Shown: positions 1 through 9,995 of the stretch, one piece after another
Layout: each line of letters starts with the position of its first letter
How positions within the stretch are numbered: the first letter of the stretch is position 1
NCBI GenBank assembly: GCA_039809245.1
Contig: JBDHUP010000002.1
Coordinates: 75,188 to 139,187, forward strand
Length of the DNA: 64,000 nucleotides
Reading direction: 5' to 3'
Source of the DNA: Minisyncoccia bacterium
Lineage (GTDB): Bacteria > Patescibacteriota > Minisyncoccia > Phycocordibacterales > UBA9973
Translations under genes and position numbers: made by a program
Notes under the pieces: model-generated
Told to the model about the DNA's origin: nothing
What the model saw: only the letters and a program-made list of their open reading frames with translations
Database searches by the model: none

Positions 1-492
1 TACACAGTACGAGTCTGTGTACCACCTGTATTGCCATAAGCACTAAGAGTATATGTACCTGAATTACTTGGGTAAGTAGTAACACTATTACTTAGGCTTG
101 AACTGTAGTAGCCATTTGGACCTGATACGTTCACTGAAGTACATCCGTATGTATTCCATACAAGGTTTACTGAGTTACCAGATGTTATATAAGCTGTAGT
201 AGAACCGTTAGCTGTGAAGTTTGAAATTGTACAGTTTGATTGAATATCATTTACATTTACATATACAGTACGAGTCTGTGTACCTGTATTACCAGTTGCA
301 GAAAGAGTATATGTACCTGAGTATGTTGGATAAGTATTAACACTATTACTTAGACTTGTGTTAGAGAAACCGTTAGGGCCTGATACATTTACTGAGGTAC
401 AGTCATTTGTATTCCAAGATAAATTTACAGAGTTTCCTGATTGAATAGTAGTAGAACTTGAACCGTTCGCTGTGAAGTTTGAAATTGTACAA
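1..492. repeat. Intragenic tandem repeat, ~260 bp period
   Basis: cagtacgagtctgtgtacc at ~5 and ~266; gctgtgaagtttgaaattgtaca at ~211 and ~469. Confidence 0.8.
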
Positions 493-1088
493 GAACTTCC
501 ACCTCCACCTCCACCTCCATTAGTTCCTACAGCAAATGAGAATATTACTGTTCCCCAGTCACCATCGCCGATAGTGCCAAGAGAAACTCCACTACCAAAC
601 GCTTCATAACCAGTTTGTCCGTTTGGAAGAGAGATGCCAGTATTTGAACCCATCTTAAACCATTTAGCTTGACCAAATGTTAATGTCTGAGAACTTGTTA
701 AATTAGCTGTAACCTGACTTAGATTTAATGTACCAGCACTAGAAGTAAGACTTCCTGAGAAGCTAAATGTAGTGCTAGGATTTGAAATCGACCCTGCAGG
801 TGACTGAGTTAGATGAATAACTGAATTATTCGCATTTGTATTGTTTGTATTATCATAATACACAGCGACATTTATAGTTTCACCCTGGTTGGCAGAAACA
901 CTTGTACGAGTCCAACAACCATTTGAACCATCTTGAATACCTACACCTGTAGTGTAGTTACCTATAGTTAGAGGTAGTGGACAGTCTCCTGGGAATGTAT
1001 TCCACCCAGAAGCAATCGCACTATTCCCTACGAAAAGCAGCGCAAGCGCTAAGAATCCGACTATTATTTTTTTCATATAATTTTTCAT
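1..1088 (-). CDS. Secreted Ser/Thr/Asn/Gly-rich surface protein with ~86-aa Ig-like tandem repeats (runs off the window edge)
   Basis: Not in the ORF track. Read by hand: MKNYMKKIIVGFLALALLFVGNSAIASGWNTFPGDC... with a signal peptide. A repeat unit (CTISNFTANGS...SVNL.W.T..CTSVNVSGPNG...SGTYTLSA.GNTG.TQTRTVY) recurs with ~258-261 bp period. Confidence 0.8.
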   Translation of the reverse strand, partial: MKNYMKKIIVGFLALALLFVGNSAIASGWNTFPGDCPLPLTIGNYTTGVGIQDGSNGCWTRTSVSANQGETINVAVYYDNTNNTNANNSVIHLTQSPAGSISNPSTTFSFSGSLTSSAGTLNLSQVTANLTSSQTLTFGQAKWFKMGSNTGISLPNGQTGYEAFGSGVSLGTIGDGDWGTVIFSFAVGTNGGGGGGGSSCTISNFTANGSSSTTIQSGNSVNLSWNTNDCTSVNVSGPNGFSNTSLSNSVNTYPTYSGTYTLSATGNTGTQTRTVYVNVNDIQSNCTISNFTANGSTTAYITSGNSVNLVWNTYGCTSVNVSGPNGYYSSSLSNSVTTYPSNSGTYTLSAYGNTGGTQTRTV

Positions 1089-1148
1089 TATAATTATTAA
1101 TTAAACTTACAATTTTAAACCTTCAACGTTTCGATCCGTTCAAGACTT

Positions 1149-1187
1149 AAAAAAGTAAGGAAGTATTGCAAGCAACACTTCGCTTAC
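1149..1187 (-). terminator. Intrinsic terminator
   Basis: Minus strand gtaagcgaagtgttgcttgcaatacttccttac followed by T6, just after the stop of the 1197..1955 ORF. Confidence 0.65.
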
Positions 1188-1196
1188 GTAATTTGC

Positions 1197-1955
1197 TCAA
1201 TAACCTCTGTATGGAGTTCCTCTTGGCATCGTGCGACGACCAGCTGGAATTCCTCCACCTCCTGGATTACCATTGGCAGGTATACCTTGGGGCATAGTGC
1301 GAATAGTTTGTTGAGGTGCGTAGTAAGGTTGCTGACGTCTTTGCATATTAGCATTAACATTAATCCTTACCATTACATAGGTTCTCCTTCGTTCATCATA
1401 AACCCTTCTATTTTCATAGACTGGTTCACAATTACAACTTGGGCCACCTTTGTAACTCCTTTCCTGTGGTTTCTCTTCTTCCTCTTCCACTTCTTTTTTG
1501 ACCTTAACGATCTCATAAGTAGTGTCGCGGATGACAACATTTGCATAAGTTACAGTTGGAACCACAGGTTTCTCCTGGATGATCTTAACCTGGTCTACGG
1601 GACGCAAGTATTCGATTTGATTACCACATACAGCTGCATAATAGTTTCCATTTTTGGTGTACACTTTTTCTCCTTTCGGAAAAATTATGTAGTTTTTATC
1701 ACCAGAATTATGTTCACTATCAATAAAGCGTACATAGTAATCTTTATCCAGAACGATAACTTCAACGCCCGGAGGATAACCTCCGTTATAAACCATTTTC
1801 GCTTCAGGTCTTGTTGACCAGAAAGCTCCTTTGGTTATGTTGTTGAAACCATCATAACGAACAGTTCCTAATACAACTTCGGTTTGAGCTTTTGTTTGGT
1901 TACAACCCAAAAGGGCTAGAACCAAAATTACAATGTACTTTGTTAACTTTTTCAT
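1197..1955 (-). CDS. Orphan exported protein / putative lipoprotein
   Basis: MKK, hydrophobic stretch, LLGC lipobox (alternative SPI site TKA-Q); low-complexity Q/P/G/R tail. Confidence 0.8.
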   Translation of the reverse strand: MKKLTKYIVILVLALLGCNQTKAQTEVVLGTVRYDGFNNITKGAFWSTRPEAKMVYNGGYPPGVEVIVLDKDYYVRFIDSEHNSGDKNYIIFPKGEKVYTKNGNYYAAVCGNQIEYLRPVDQVKIIQEKPVVPTVTYANVVIRDTTYEIVKVKKEVEEEEEKPQERSYKGGPSCNCEPVYENRRVYDERRRTYVMVRINVNANMQRRQQPYYAPQQTIRTMPQGIPANGNPGGGGIPAGRRTMPRGTPYRGY

Positions 1956-1981
1956 TTTGGGTTGTTTAAGTTTTTTCAGCG

Positions 1982-2089
1982 GTATTGCTGTATTTAATTC
2001 CTATAAAATAAGAAGCAAATACAGCAATACTGTAAAAACTAGAGAAAACCCATTTGCCTAAATGTTAGCATACTTTAATACAAATGTCA
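1982..2089 (-). promoter_or_regulatory. Sigma70 promoter plus 5' leader hairpin of the 1197..1955 gene
   Basis: TTGACA-N17-TAACAT with extended TG on the minus strand; perfect 14-bp inverted repeat 1982-1995/2017-2030. Confidence 0.65.
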
Positions 2090-2129
2090 AGGGCACATAT
2101 ATAGGCCTAATAAGTTATAATAAGCTGGT

Positions 2130-3830
2130 ATGACTATACAATTTAACGAAGAAGAAGAGAGTAAAAACCTTGCTGATCTACGAAAACAAGAGGAGGAGGA
2201 CCTAGTGCAGATGCTAGCCCAATCTAAGTACGGAGTACCGGGAGTAAACCTTGCAAGTATGCCTATTGATAACGACGCTCTACGTACAATTACAGAAAAA
2301 GAAGCTCGAGAAGAACAAGTCGCTCCTTTTAAAATGCTTGGGAAAGATGTTCACATTGCTGTTCACTCCCCTCAAAAAGATAGACTAGAAAGAATGACTC
2401 AATACTACAATGAGCATGGTTATAACCCACACTTCTATATGGCTTCTATGGCAAGCTTAGAGAAAGCTTGGGAACGATACAAAGAAATATCTTATGCATC
2501 AGAATCAAAAGCCGGAAGTATCGGCGTTTCTGGTGAGACACTTAAGAAAATAATGGAAGGTATCAAAAATATCGAAGATATCAAAGCCGCCATTACAGAA
2601 ACAGAGAAAGATAAGTCACATACAACTTCACATATACTAGAAATTGCTCTTGCTGGAGCAATCGCTATTAATGCATCTGACCTACACTTCGAACCAGAGG
2701 AGAATACTGTTCGTCTGCGTTTTCGTCTTGATGGAATACTCCATACAGTGATGGAAATTCCTCCGAACATTCATAAATACATAAACTCTCGTATCAAACT
2801 CCTATCTGGTCTTAAAATTACCGCTCAATCTATCGCTCAAGATGGACGATTCAGTATATTCCTTGATAAAGATGAGATTAGTCTTCGTGTCTCTCTTATC
2901 CCTGGTGCTTATGGCGAATCTATAGTGATGCGTATCCTAAATCCGAAATCTATCCGAGTAAAGCTTGAAGATATGGGAATTGAGCCGAAACTCTTTGAGG
3001 TGTTCATGCGTGAGATCAGAAAGCCAAACGGGATGATCCTCCTTACAGGTCCGACTGGTTCCGGTAAGACAACAACTCTTTACTCATTCCTACAGAAAAT
3101 ATATTCAACTGAGATAAAGATTATTACTATCGAAGATCCTATCGAATACCATTTACCAGGCATCACTCAAACTCAAACTGAAAGTGAGAAAGGTTATACA
3201 TTCCTTGAAGGTTTACGTAGTGCACTTCGTCAGGACCCAGACGTAATCATGGTGGGAGAAATCCGCGACAGTGAGACGGCCAAGATTGCTGTTGAGTCAG
3301 CTCTTACTGGTCACTTGGTATTCTCTACACTCCACACGAACAATGCTGCTGGAGTTATCCCTCGCTTGATAGACCTTGAAGTTAATCCGAAAATTCTAGT
3401 ATCTGCACTTTCACTATCTATCGCTCAGCGTCTGGTTCGTAAACTTTGCGTTCACTGTAAGAAAGAAGAAACGATAACTGATGAAGAAATGCGAATAATT
3501 AAAAGTGTCGCTGAAAATGCGAAAGCTCATGGAAAAGATTTCAGTAATTATGGAGTAGATATGAGTGTACCTTTCAAGATATATGAAGCTGTCGGATGCC
3601 TAGAATGCAACAACACTGGATATAAAGGACGTATGGGAATCTTTGAAGCGATTCACAATGACGCTCACCTCGAAGCTCTAATTCCTCAAAATCCTAGTGA
3701 ACGTGAAATTAAAGAAGTCGCTCAGAATCAAGGATCCCTCGATATGCGTGAAGACGGAATAGTAAAAGTCCTCAAAGGTATCACATCTTACTCCGAAGTA
3801 GGTAGTGTCGTCGACTTCTACGAAGAATAA
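2130..3830 (+). CDS. pilB: Type IV pilus / T2SS assembly ATPase, PilB/GspE family
   Basis: ASDLHFEP, Walker A GPTGSGKTT, TIEDPIEY, LRQDPDVIMVGEIRD, His box, CxxC...CxxC Zn motif. Confidence 0.9.
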   Translation: MTIQFNEEEESKNLADLRKQEEEDLVQMLAQSKYGVPGVNLASMPIDNDALRTITEKEAREEQVAPFKMLGKDVHIAVHSPQKDRLERMTQYYNEHGYNPHFYMASMASLEKAWERYKEISYASESKAGSIGVSGETLKKIMEGIKNIEDIKAAITETEKDKSHTTSHILEIALAGAIAINASDLHFEPEENTVRLRFRLDGILHTVMEIPPNIHKYINSRIKLLSGLKITAQSIAQDGRFSIFLDKDEISLRVSLIPGAYGESIVMRILNPKSIRVKLEDMGIEPKLFEVFMREIRKPNGMILLTGPTGSGKTTTLYSFLQKIYSTEIKIITIEDPIEYHLPGITQTQTESEKGYTFLEGLRSALRQDPDVIMVGEIRDSETAKIAVESALTGHLVFSTLHTNNAAGVIPRLIDLEVNPKILVSALSLSIAQRLVRKLCVHCKKEETITDEEMRIIKSVAENAKAHGKDFSNYGVDMSVPFKIYEAVGCLECNNTGYKGRMGIFEAIHNDAHLEALIPQNPSEREIKEVAQNQGSLDMREDGIVKVLKGITSYSEVGSVVDFYEE

Positions 3831-3864
3831 TAAAACCCCCGAATGAATCGGGGGTTTTATTATT
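3827..3864. terminator. Bidirectional intrinsic terminator
   Basis: ataataaaacccccga-atgaa-tcgggggttttattat. Confidence 0.85.
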
Positions 3865-4072
3865 AGAAAGAAAAAAACATAAATCTCTAAACAATCCTTT
3901 GGGAACATGCGTAACCAAAGTAACAAATGATTACAGGATAGCCCCAGTAAATATAAATATAACCAGAACGTCCTATGCACACATATAGAGCACGGGGCCG
4001 ATTGCTTAGAGATTTATGTCCTCTTCACTAAAATGCTATAATTAAATGGTAAAAACACTTCGTATATTTCTG
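3865..4072 (-). ncRNA. Candidate structured non-coding RNA of unknown class
   Basis: Consensus promoter on the minus strand at 4107-4079 (TTGACA-N17-TATACT, extended TG); 20-bp closing stem 3877-3896/4000-4019; U-rich end, then the terminator; no credible ORF. Confidence 0.5.
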
Positions 4073-4100
4073 AACAAGAGTATAGCATAATAAAAAAGTA

Positions 4101-5090
4101 ATGTCAAGCCAAGAGCCTATAACAAAAGATGAGGGATTTCTAGACCAAACACTCCGTCCAAGTGTCTGGGATGACTACATTGGCCAGGAAAATATCAAGG
4201 CAAATCTGAAGATATTACTAACTGCAGCCGAAGAGCGCTCTCACCCAGCTGAACACATACTATTCTACGGTCCCCCAGGCCTCGGTAAGACAACTCTTGC
4301 TCATTTGATTGCCAAAGAGACACGCAGGCAGATTAAAATCACCTCAGGTCCAGCTATAGAAAAAGTTGGTGACCTTGCTTCTATACTCACAAACCTCACT
4401 CCGGGTGATATAGTCTTCATAGATGAGATACACAGACTGAATAAAATGGTAGAAGAAGTCCTCTACCCTGCTATGGAGAGTGGTGTACTTGATATTATTA
4501 TCGGTAAGGGCCCATCAGCGAGAACTATTCAATTAGAGCTTCCACCATTTACACTTATCGCTGCAACTACTCGTATAGCTCTTTTATCTTCCCCTCTCCG
4601 TTCACGTTTCTCTGGTGGAGTATTCCGACTTGAATTTTATAATCATGATGAAATAAAAAGGATCTTATCACGCTCAGCTACTATCCTTGGCGTAGAGTTA
4701 GGAGATGAAGCTCTAGATGAAATCGCAAAAAGAGCAAGATTTACCCCTCGTACTGCGAACTACTTCTTGAAAAGATGCCGTGATTATGCTCAAGTTCATA
4801 AAGTTCCATTATCAAAAGAAGCTGTGAAGAAAGCTCTGGCTTTGCTTGAGATAGATGAGCTTGGACTATCTGCATCGGACAGAAGAATACTTGAAATTAT
4901 AATTTCTAAATTCGACGGTGGCCCAGTCGGACTCAAAACTATCGCTGCAGCGACAAGCGAAGAAGAAGCTACCATCGAAGAAGTTATTGAGCCTTACTTA
5001 ATCCAACTTGGATTACTCGAGAGAACAGTAAGAGGAAGAACGGTTACAAAGAAAGGTTATGAGCATTTAGGATTTGATTACACTAAATAG
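4101..5090 (+). CDS. ruvB: Holliday junction branch migration helicase RuvB
   Basis: LRP..W.DYIGQ, GPPGLGKTTLA, FIDEIHRL, EPYLIQ. Confidence 0.97.
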   Translation: MSSQEPITKDEGFLDQTLRPSVWDDYIGQENIKANLKILLTAAEERSHPAEHILFYGPPGLGKTTLAHLIAKETRRQIKITSGPAIEKVGDLASILTNLTPGDIVFIDEIHRLNKMVEEVLYPAMESGVLDIIIGKGPSARTIQLELPPFTLIAATTRIALLSSPLRSRFSGGVFRLEFYNHDEIKRILSRSATILGVELGDEALDEIAKRARFTPRTANYFLKRCRDYAQVHKVPLSKEAVKKALALLEIDELGLSASDRRILEIIISKFDGGPVGLKTIAAATSEEEATIEEVIEPYLIQLGLLERTVRGRTVTKKGYEHLGFDYTK

Positions 5091-5091
5091 T

Positions 5092-5577
5092 ATGAAGATA
5101 CTTGCAATTGATCCAGGATTTGAAAGAGTTGGGATAGCTGTGCTTAAAAAAGAAAATGGTAGTAAAGATGAAGTTCTGTATTCTGCTTGTTTTAAGACGT
5201 CTGCGAAAATCCCATTCCACACGCGACTAACTGCTATAGGTAATGAAGTTGAAAAGGTAATTAAAAAGCACAAGCCAATAGCTCTCGCTATCGAGAAGCT
5301 CTACTTCACAACAAACCAGAAAACAGTAATGGGAGTATCTGAAGCCAGAGGAGTGATGATATATAGTGCATCAAGAAATGGATTAAAAATTTTCGAATAT
5401 ACCCCACCCCAAATAAAAGTAGCTGTCACAGGCTACGGTAAAGCTAGTAAGGATATGGTTATGAGTATGGTTCCTAAGCTTATAAAAATGAAAACGCCTT
5501 CTTATTCTGACGATGAATTAGATGCTATTGCTATTGGTATCACATGTCTTGCTTGTGAAAATAGTCTTTTAAAGTAA
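5092..5577 (+). CDS. ruvC: Holliday junction resolvase RuvC
   Basis: ILAIDPG, AIEKLYF, EYTPPQIKVAVTGYGKASK, DDELDAIAI; the ATG at 5092 is preferred. Confidence 0.95.
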   Translation: MKILAIDPGFERVGIAVLKKENGSKDEVLYSACFKTSAKIPFHTRLTAIGNEVEKVIKKHKPIALAIEKLYFTTNQKTVMGVSEARGVMIYSASRNGLKIFEYTPPQIKVAVTGYGKASKDMVMSMVPKLIKMKTPSYSDDELDAIAIGITCLACENSLLK

Positions 5578-5694
5578 TATTAAATCTACAGTAATCCTAC
5601 TAAGATATCCACAGGCCAATCTCTATTGCAAAGAAAATTAGATTTTGATACAAATAATGCATTACAATTAGGAGGTTTAAAAATATAACAATAT

Positions 5695-5856
5695 ATGAGT
5701 TATAGTGAAGACGAAGAATTTAAGATCGATGACGTAGAAGACGAAGATGCAGATCTCGACTTAGATTCTAGCGACCCTCTTCTAGATGACGATCTACTTT
5801 CCGATGACGATGATGATATGGAAAGTTTCGCTGGAATAGATGGCGCAGAGTACTAA
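5695..5856 (+). CDS. 53-aa extremely acidic microprotein
   Basis: Read by hand: MSYSEDEEFKIDDVEDEDADLDLDSSDPLLDDDLLSDDDDDMESFAGIDGAEY*; upstream promoter-like sequence and AGGAGG; terminator follows. Confidence 0.75.
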   Translation: MSYSEDEEFKIDDVEDEDADLDLDSSDPLLDDDLLSDDDDDMESFAGIDGAEY

Positions 5857-5857
5857 A

Positions 5858-5884
5858 ATAAAACCCCAAACGGGGTTTTATTTT
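5858..5884. terminator. Bidirectional terminator between the acidic ORF and tyrS
   Basis: aataaaacccc-aaac-ggggttttatt. Confidence 0.85.
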
Positions 5885-7079
5885 ATTTAACCTCTATCTT
5901 TATAAATCTTTTTTTGCCTATTCTATAAGTACCATTCTCTGCCAAAGCTCCATGAGAAGAAATTTTTTCATTGTTATCTAAGTTCGTAATCGCATGTTCA
6001 TCTACCAATCTTCTAAACTCACTCTTAGAAGTGATAACTTTCTTCTTTAGTAATACGTCCACCAAGAATGTATTTTTTTCTACTTTAGCCTCTTCTACAT
6101 CTTTAGGAATTTCTTTGTTTTGGAATGTTGCTATAAAGTTTGCTTCGGCTTTCTCAGCAGATTTCTTACTGTGATACATAGTGACTAATTCTTTACCTAA
6201 GATTATTTTCAGATCTCGAGGGTTTACTTTTCCTGTAACCATATCGCGAGCATATCCTTCTATGGTATTCATAGGTGTATCAGTACAAAGTAAAAAGTAC
6301 TTTGTTATGAGTTCATCTTTTATAGACATAACTTTACCGAACATATCCTCTGGTGAATCAGTAAGTCCTATAATATTTCCCCAAGAAGAAGACATCTTTC
6401 GCCCATCTGTACCTTCGATCATAGAGACAGTCATTATATCTTGTTCTTTCTGACCATATCTCTTTTGAACAGTTCGTCCTGCTTTTAAATTGAAGAGCTG
6501 GTCAAACCCCCCAATCTCAACATCTGATTTAACCGCGACACTGTCATACCCCTGCAAAGCTGGATATAGAAACTCAACCATAAAAATATCGGTGCCCGCA
6601 TCAAGACGTTCCTTGAAATTCCTTCTCTTAGACATTTGCTGTACAGTAAAACATTCTAGAAGTTCTCCAATCTGTATAAAGTTCATTTTCTTTAACCACT
6701 TTGAGTTATAGTTAACCTCAACTTTTTTCATATCAAGGATTAAAGCGATCTGATCAATATACTTTTTAAGATTATTCTTTATATCTTTATCAGTTAGCAT
6801 TGGCCTTTTCTCAAGTTTGTCAGATGGGTCACCAATTTTTGCAGTATAGTCACCTATAATAAGAACAACTTTGTGCCCAAGATCTTGAAAAGCTTTTAAT
6901 TTACGAAGTGGAACAGCTCGACCTAGATGTATAAAAGGGCTTGTAGGGTCTATCCCGAACTTTATTCTTAATTTTTTACCGGAGTGAAGCTTCTCTCTTA
7001 GGTCTCTTTCTATGAAAATTTCTTCTACCCCTCTGGTTAGGAGCTCGTCTATCTTCTCTTTATCTGAAATCTTAGTCAT
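5883..7079 (-). CDS. tyrS: Tyrosine--tRNA ligase
   Basis: KFGIDPTS..IHLG (HIGH-like), LQGYDS, GGFDQLFN, KMSSS, S4-like C-terminus. Confidence 0.96.
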   Translation of the reverse strand: MTKISDKEKIDELLTRGVEEIFIERDLREKLHSGKKLRIKFGIDPTSPFIHLGRAVPLRKLKAFQDLGHKVVLIIGDYTAKIGDPSDKLEKRPMLTDKDIKNNLKKYIDQIALILDMKKVEVNYNSKWLKKMNFIQIGELLECFTVQQMSKRRNFKERLDAGTDIFMVEFLYPALQGYDSVAVKSDVEIGGFDQLFNLKAGRTVQKRYGQKEQDIMTVSMIEGTDGRKMSSSWGNIIGLTDSPEDMFGKVMSIKDELITKYFLLCTDTPMNTIEGYARDMVTGKVNPRDLKIILGKELVTMYHSKKSAEKAEANFIATFQNKEIPKDVEEAKVEKNTFLVDVLLKKKVITSKSEFRRLVDEHAITNLDNNEKISSHGALAENGTYRIGKKRFIKIEVK

Positions 7080-7147
7080 AAAACTATATTATCATATAAA
7101 CAAGCCTTTGTCCGTATGAGCAATAAACTATGATATGATAATAATAT

Positions 7148-9721
7148 ATGGATCAAGTAAAGAAATATGGGAGGAAGTTTATAATAAAAACATTTAAATT
7201 TTTGAGGTTTATAAAGAGACAAGTAAAGAGAATATCGTTTAAAAACTGGACTTTTACGATAGTTGGTATAGGGATAGTATTATCAGGAGTCTTTTTGATA
7301 TGGGTAAGTACTTTACAGCTACCTGACTTTAAATCTTTTACCGAGCGTAAGGTTCAAAGCTCTACTAAGATATATGACCGAACTGGAAAAATCCTGTTGT
7401 ACGACGTCCATCAAGATATCAAACGTACGGTTATACCTTATGAAAGTATTGGAGTAAATATTAAGAATGCGACTGTAGCCATAGAAGACTCTAGTTTCTA
7501 CCAGCATAAAGGAATAAGAATTAGTTCTATTATCAGAGCAACTGTCTGGGCTAAACTAACAGGAAGAAAGATCCAGGGTGGTTCAACTATAACTCAACAA
7601 CTCATAAAAAACACTTTACTCACGCCAAAACGCTCTCTAAGTAGAAAAATAAAAGAATGGATTCTTTCAATAAAACTTGAAGGTGTAATGAGTAAAGAAG
7701 AAATCTTAACTTTATATTTAAATGAAGCTCCATATGGTGGAAATATTTATGGAATAGAAGAAGCATCTAAAGCTTTCTTTGGAAAAGAACCGCTTGATTT
7801 AACAATGGCTGAATCAGCCTACCTAGCAGCCATACCAAATGGTCCTACATACTACTCACCATATGGCAAGAATGTAGACAAATTAGAAGAAAGAAAAAAT
7901 CTTGTTTTAAAAAGAATGTTAGATATAAACTTTATTACACAGGATGATTACCAAAAAGCTCTTGCAGAGAAAGTGGTATTCCTCCCATCTCAACCAATGC
8001 ATATTGCTGCTCCACATTTCGTCTTCTTTATCAAAGATTATTTAGAAAGAAAGTATGGAGTAGAAGCTCTAGAAGCAGGAGGTTTAAAAGTGATTACAAC
8101 TCTTGATTACGACCTTCAAAAGAAAGCTGAAGAGATTGCAAACAAGAACGCATTAATAAATGAAAAGAGTTGGAATGGAAAAAATGCAGCTGTTGTTGTA
8201 ATCGATCCTAAAACAGGTCAAATTCTTTCAATGGTTGGTTCACGTGATTACTTTGATAAGACAATCGATGGAAACTTTAATGTCACTACCGCTTCTCGTC
8301 AGCCAGGATCTTCTTTCAAGCCTATTGTTTATGCTCTAGCTTTAAAAGAAGGATATACAGAGAAAACAACACTCTTTGATGTAAAAACAGAATTTAATTC
8401 ATCTTGTAGTCCTACAAGCACTCCACTACCTGGTCATAAAAATGCTGACTGTTACTCACCAGATAATTACGATAATAATTTCCGTGGTCCTATGAGCTTA
8501 AAAGAAGGATTGGCGCAATCTATTAACGTCATCGCAGTTAAACTACTATATTTAGTTGGTGTACCTGATGCAATAAAAATGGCTCATGATTTAGGTATTA
8601 CTACATTAAACGACCCTACTCGTTATGGTTTGTCTCTAGTAATCGGAGGTGGTGAAACAACTCTTTTAGACATGACCTCTGTTTATGGAGTATTTGCAGC
8701 TGAAGGAGTCCGTCATCCATACCAAAGTGTTCTTTCTGTAGAAGATAGTAGTGGGACAATCCTTGAACAATATGAAGATAAACCTTATCAAGTAATTGAC
8801 CCTAATATATCTAGAACATTATCAGACATATTGTCAGACAATGTCGCTAGAACTCCTACTTTTGGAGCTAACTCTCAGCTTGTAATACCAGGACATGAGG
8901 TAGCTGTAAAAACAGGTACTACAAACAATAACAAGGATGCCTGGACAATTGGTTACACCCCTTCTGTCGCTGTTGGTGTATGGGTTGGTAATAACGACAA
9001 CACTCCAATGAAAAAAGGTGGTGCAGCGCTTGCTGGTCCAATTTGGAATGGAGTTATGTCTGAAGCATTAAAGAATCTACCTACAGAATCTTTTAATAAA
9101 CCTGATAAAATAGACCCTTCTATACCACCGATACTTAGAGGCTTCTGGCAAGGAGGTGAAACGTTCACTATAGACACCGTCTCAGGTGGCCTTGCGACAG
9201 AGTACACACCAGATAATACAAAAAAGGAGATATCTATAACAAATGTACACAACATTTTGTATTGGATAGATAAAAATAATCCATTAGGAGAGCGTCCTAC
9301 AAATCCTGAAAAAGATCCTCAGTATACAAACTGGGAGTATGGCGTGAAGAAGTGGTGGAATGCTAACAGTAGTAGGTATCCATTTGTAACCGATTATAAT
9401 CGTCCTACCAACTATGACACAATACACACAGAAGGTTCTAAGCCTAGCTTTGAAATCTTTGGTTTAGACAGTATCCCTTATCCGAAAAATAAAGTTATTT
9501 CTTTTTCAATAACTCCAAAAAGTCAAAGTCCTCTTAAAAAAATAGATGTTTTTATTAACAACACCTATTTGACATCACTAAAAAACCCTCCTTTTAATGT
9601 TTCATTTACACCAAACAATATAAGTGATATTGAAAATGAAAATACTATACATTTAATAGGTTACGATAGTTTAGGTAATATTGGTGAGAAAACATTTTCA
9701 CTATCTGTTGAAGATAATTAA
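7148..9721 (+). CDS. Class A penicillin-binding protein (transglycosylase/transpeptidase) with C-terminal Ig-like domain
   Basis: N-terminal TM, EDSSFYQH, QGGSTITQQL, RKIKE, SxxK (SSFK), SIN, KTGT. Confidence 0.95.
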   Translation: MDQVKKYGRKFIIKTFKFLRFIKRQVKRISFKNWTFTIVGIGIVLSGVFLIWVSTLQLPDFKSFTERKVQSSTKIYDRTGKILLYDVHQDIKRTVIPYESIGVNIKNATVAIEDSSFYQHKGIRISSIIRATVWAKLTGRKIQGGSTITQQLIKNTLLTPKRSLSRKIKEWILSIKLEGVMSKEEILTLYLNEAPYGGNIYGIEEASKAFFGKEPLDLTMAESAYLAAIPNGPTYYSPYGKNVDKLEERKNLVLKRMLDINFITQDDYQKALAEKVVFLPSQPMHIAAPHFVFFIKDYLERKYGVEALEAGGLKVITTLDYDLQKKAEEIANKNALINEKSWNGKNAAVVVIDPKTGQILSMVGSRDYFDKTIDGNFNVTTASRQPGSSFKPIVYALALKEGYTEKTTLFDVKTEFNSSCSPTSTPLPGHKNADCYSPDNYDNNFRGPMSLKEGLAQSINVIAVKLLYLVGVPDAIKMAHDLGITTLNDPTRYGLSLVIGGGETTLLDMTSVYGVFAAEGVRHPYQSVLSVEDSSGTILEQYEDKPYQVIDPNISRTLSDILSDNVARTPTFGANSQLVIPGHEVAVKTGTTNNNKDAWTIGYTPSVAVGVWVGNNDNTPMKKGGAALAGPIWNGVMSEALKNLPTESFNKPDKIDPSIPPILRGFWQGGETFTIDTVSGGLATEYTPDNTKKEISITNVHNILYWIDKNNPLGERPTNPEKDPQYTNWEYGVKKWWNANSSRYPFVTDYNRPTNYDTIHTEGSKPSFEIFGLDSIPYPKNKVISFSITPKSQSPLKKIDVFINNTYLTSLKNPPFNVSFTPNNISDIENENTIHLIGYDSLGNIGEKTFSLSVEDN

Positions 9722-9730
9722 ATAATAAAA

Positions 9731-9994
9731 CTACTTAATGTCTTTAAAATGACTTTGTGGAAGAAATTTATTTAAATCAGAAATAATTCCTTGTTTGTGA
9801 ATTAAAATTTCATTTTTAATAGATGGTGAACTATTTATAAAAATAATCCCATTTTTTATATTAATTAGATCTTGCTTAATTTCAAACGAAATGTGTTTTG
9901 TTATTGTCTCGGCAATTATTCTACTTGATACCTCTTTTTGAGATAGAATCTTTTTGAATTTATCTAAAAAACCTTTAATGTGTCCGTAATCCAT
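9731..9994 (-). CDS. DciA/DUF721-like small protein
   Basis: 87 aa directly downstream of dnaN; size, position and pattern fit a helicase-loader DciA-like fold (inference). Confidence 0.5.
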   Translation of the reverse strand: MDYGHIKGFLDKFKKILSQKEVSSRIIAETITKHISFEIKQDLINIKNGIIFINSSPSIKNEILIHKQGIISDLNKFLPQSHFKDIK

Positions 9995-9995
9995 T

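Noticed and set aside
497-519. (CCACCT)n microsatellite as a phase-variation tract
   Set aside because: It is an in-frame poly-Gly linker; unit changes would not shift the frame.
3678-3980. 100-aa minus-strand ORF
   Set aside because: It runs through a strong terminator into pilB antisense; the region is better explained as structured RNA.
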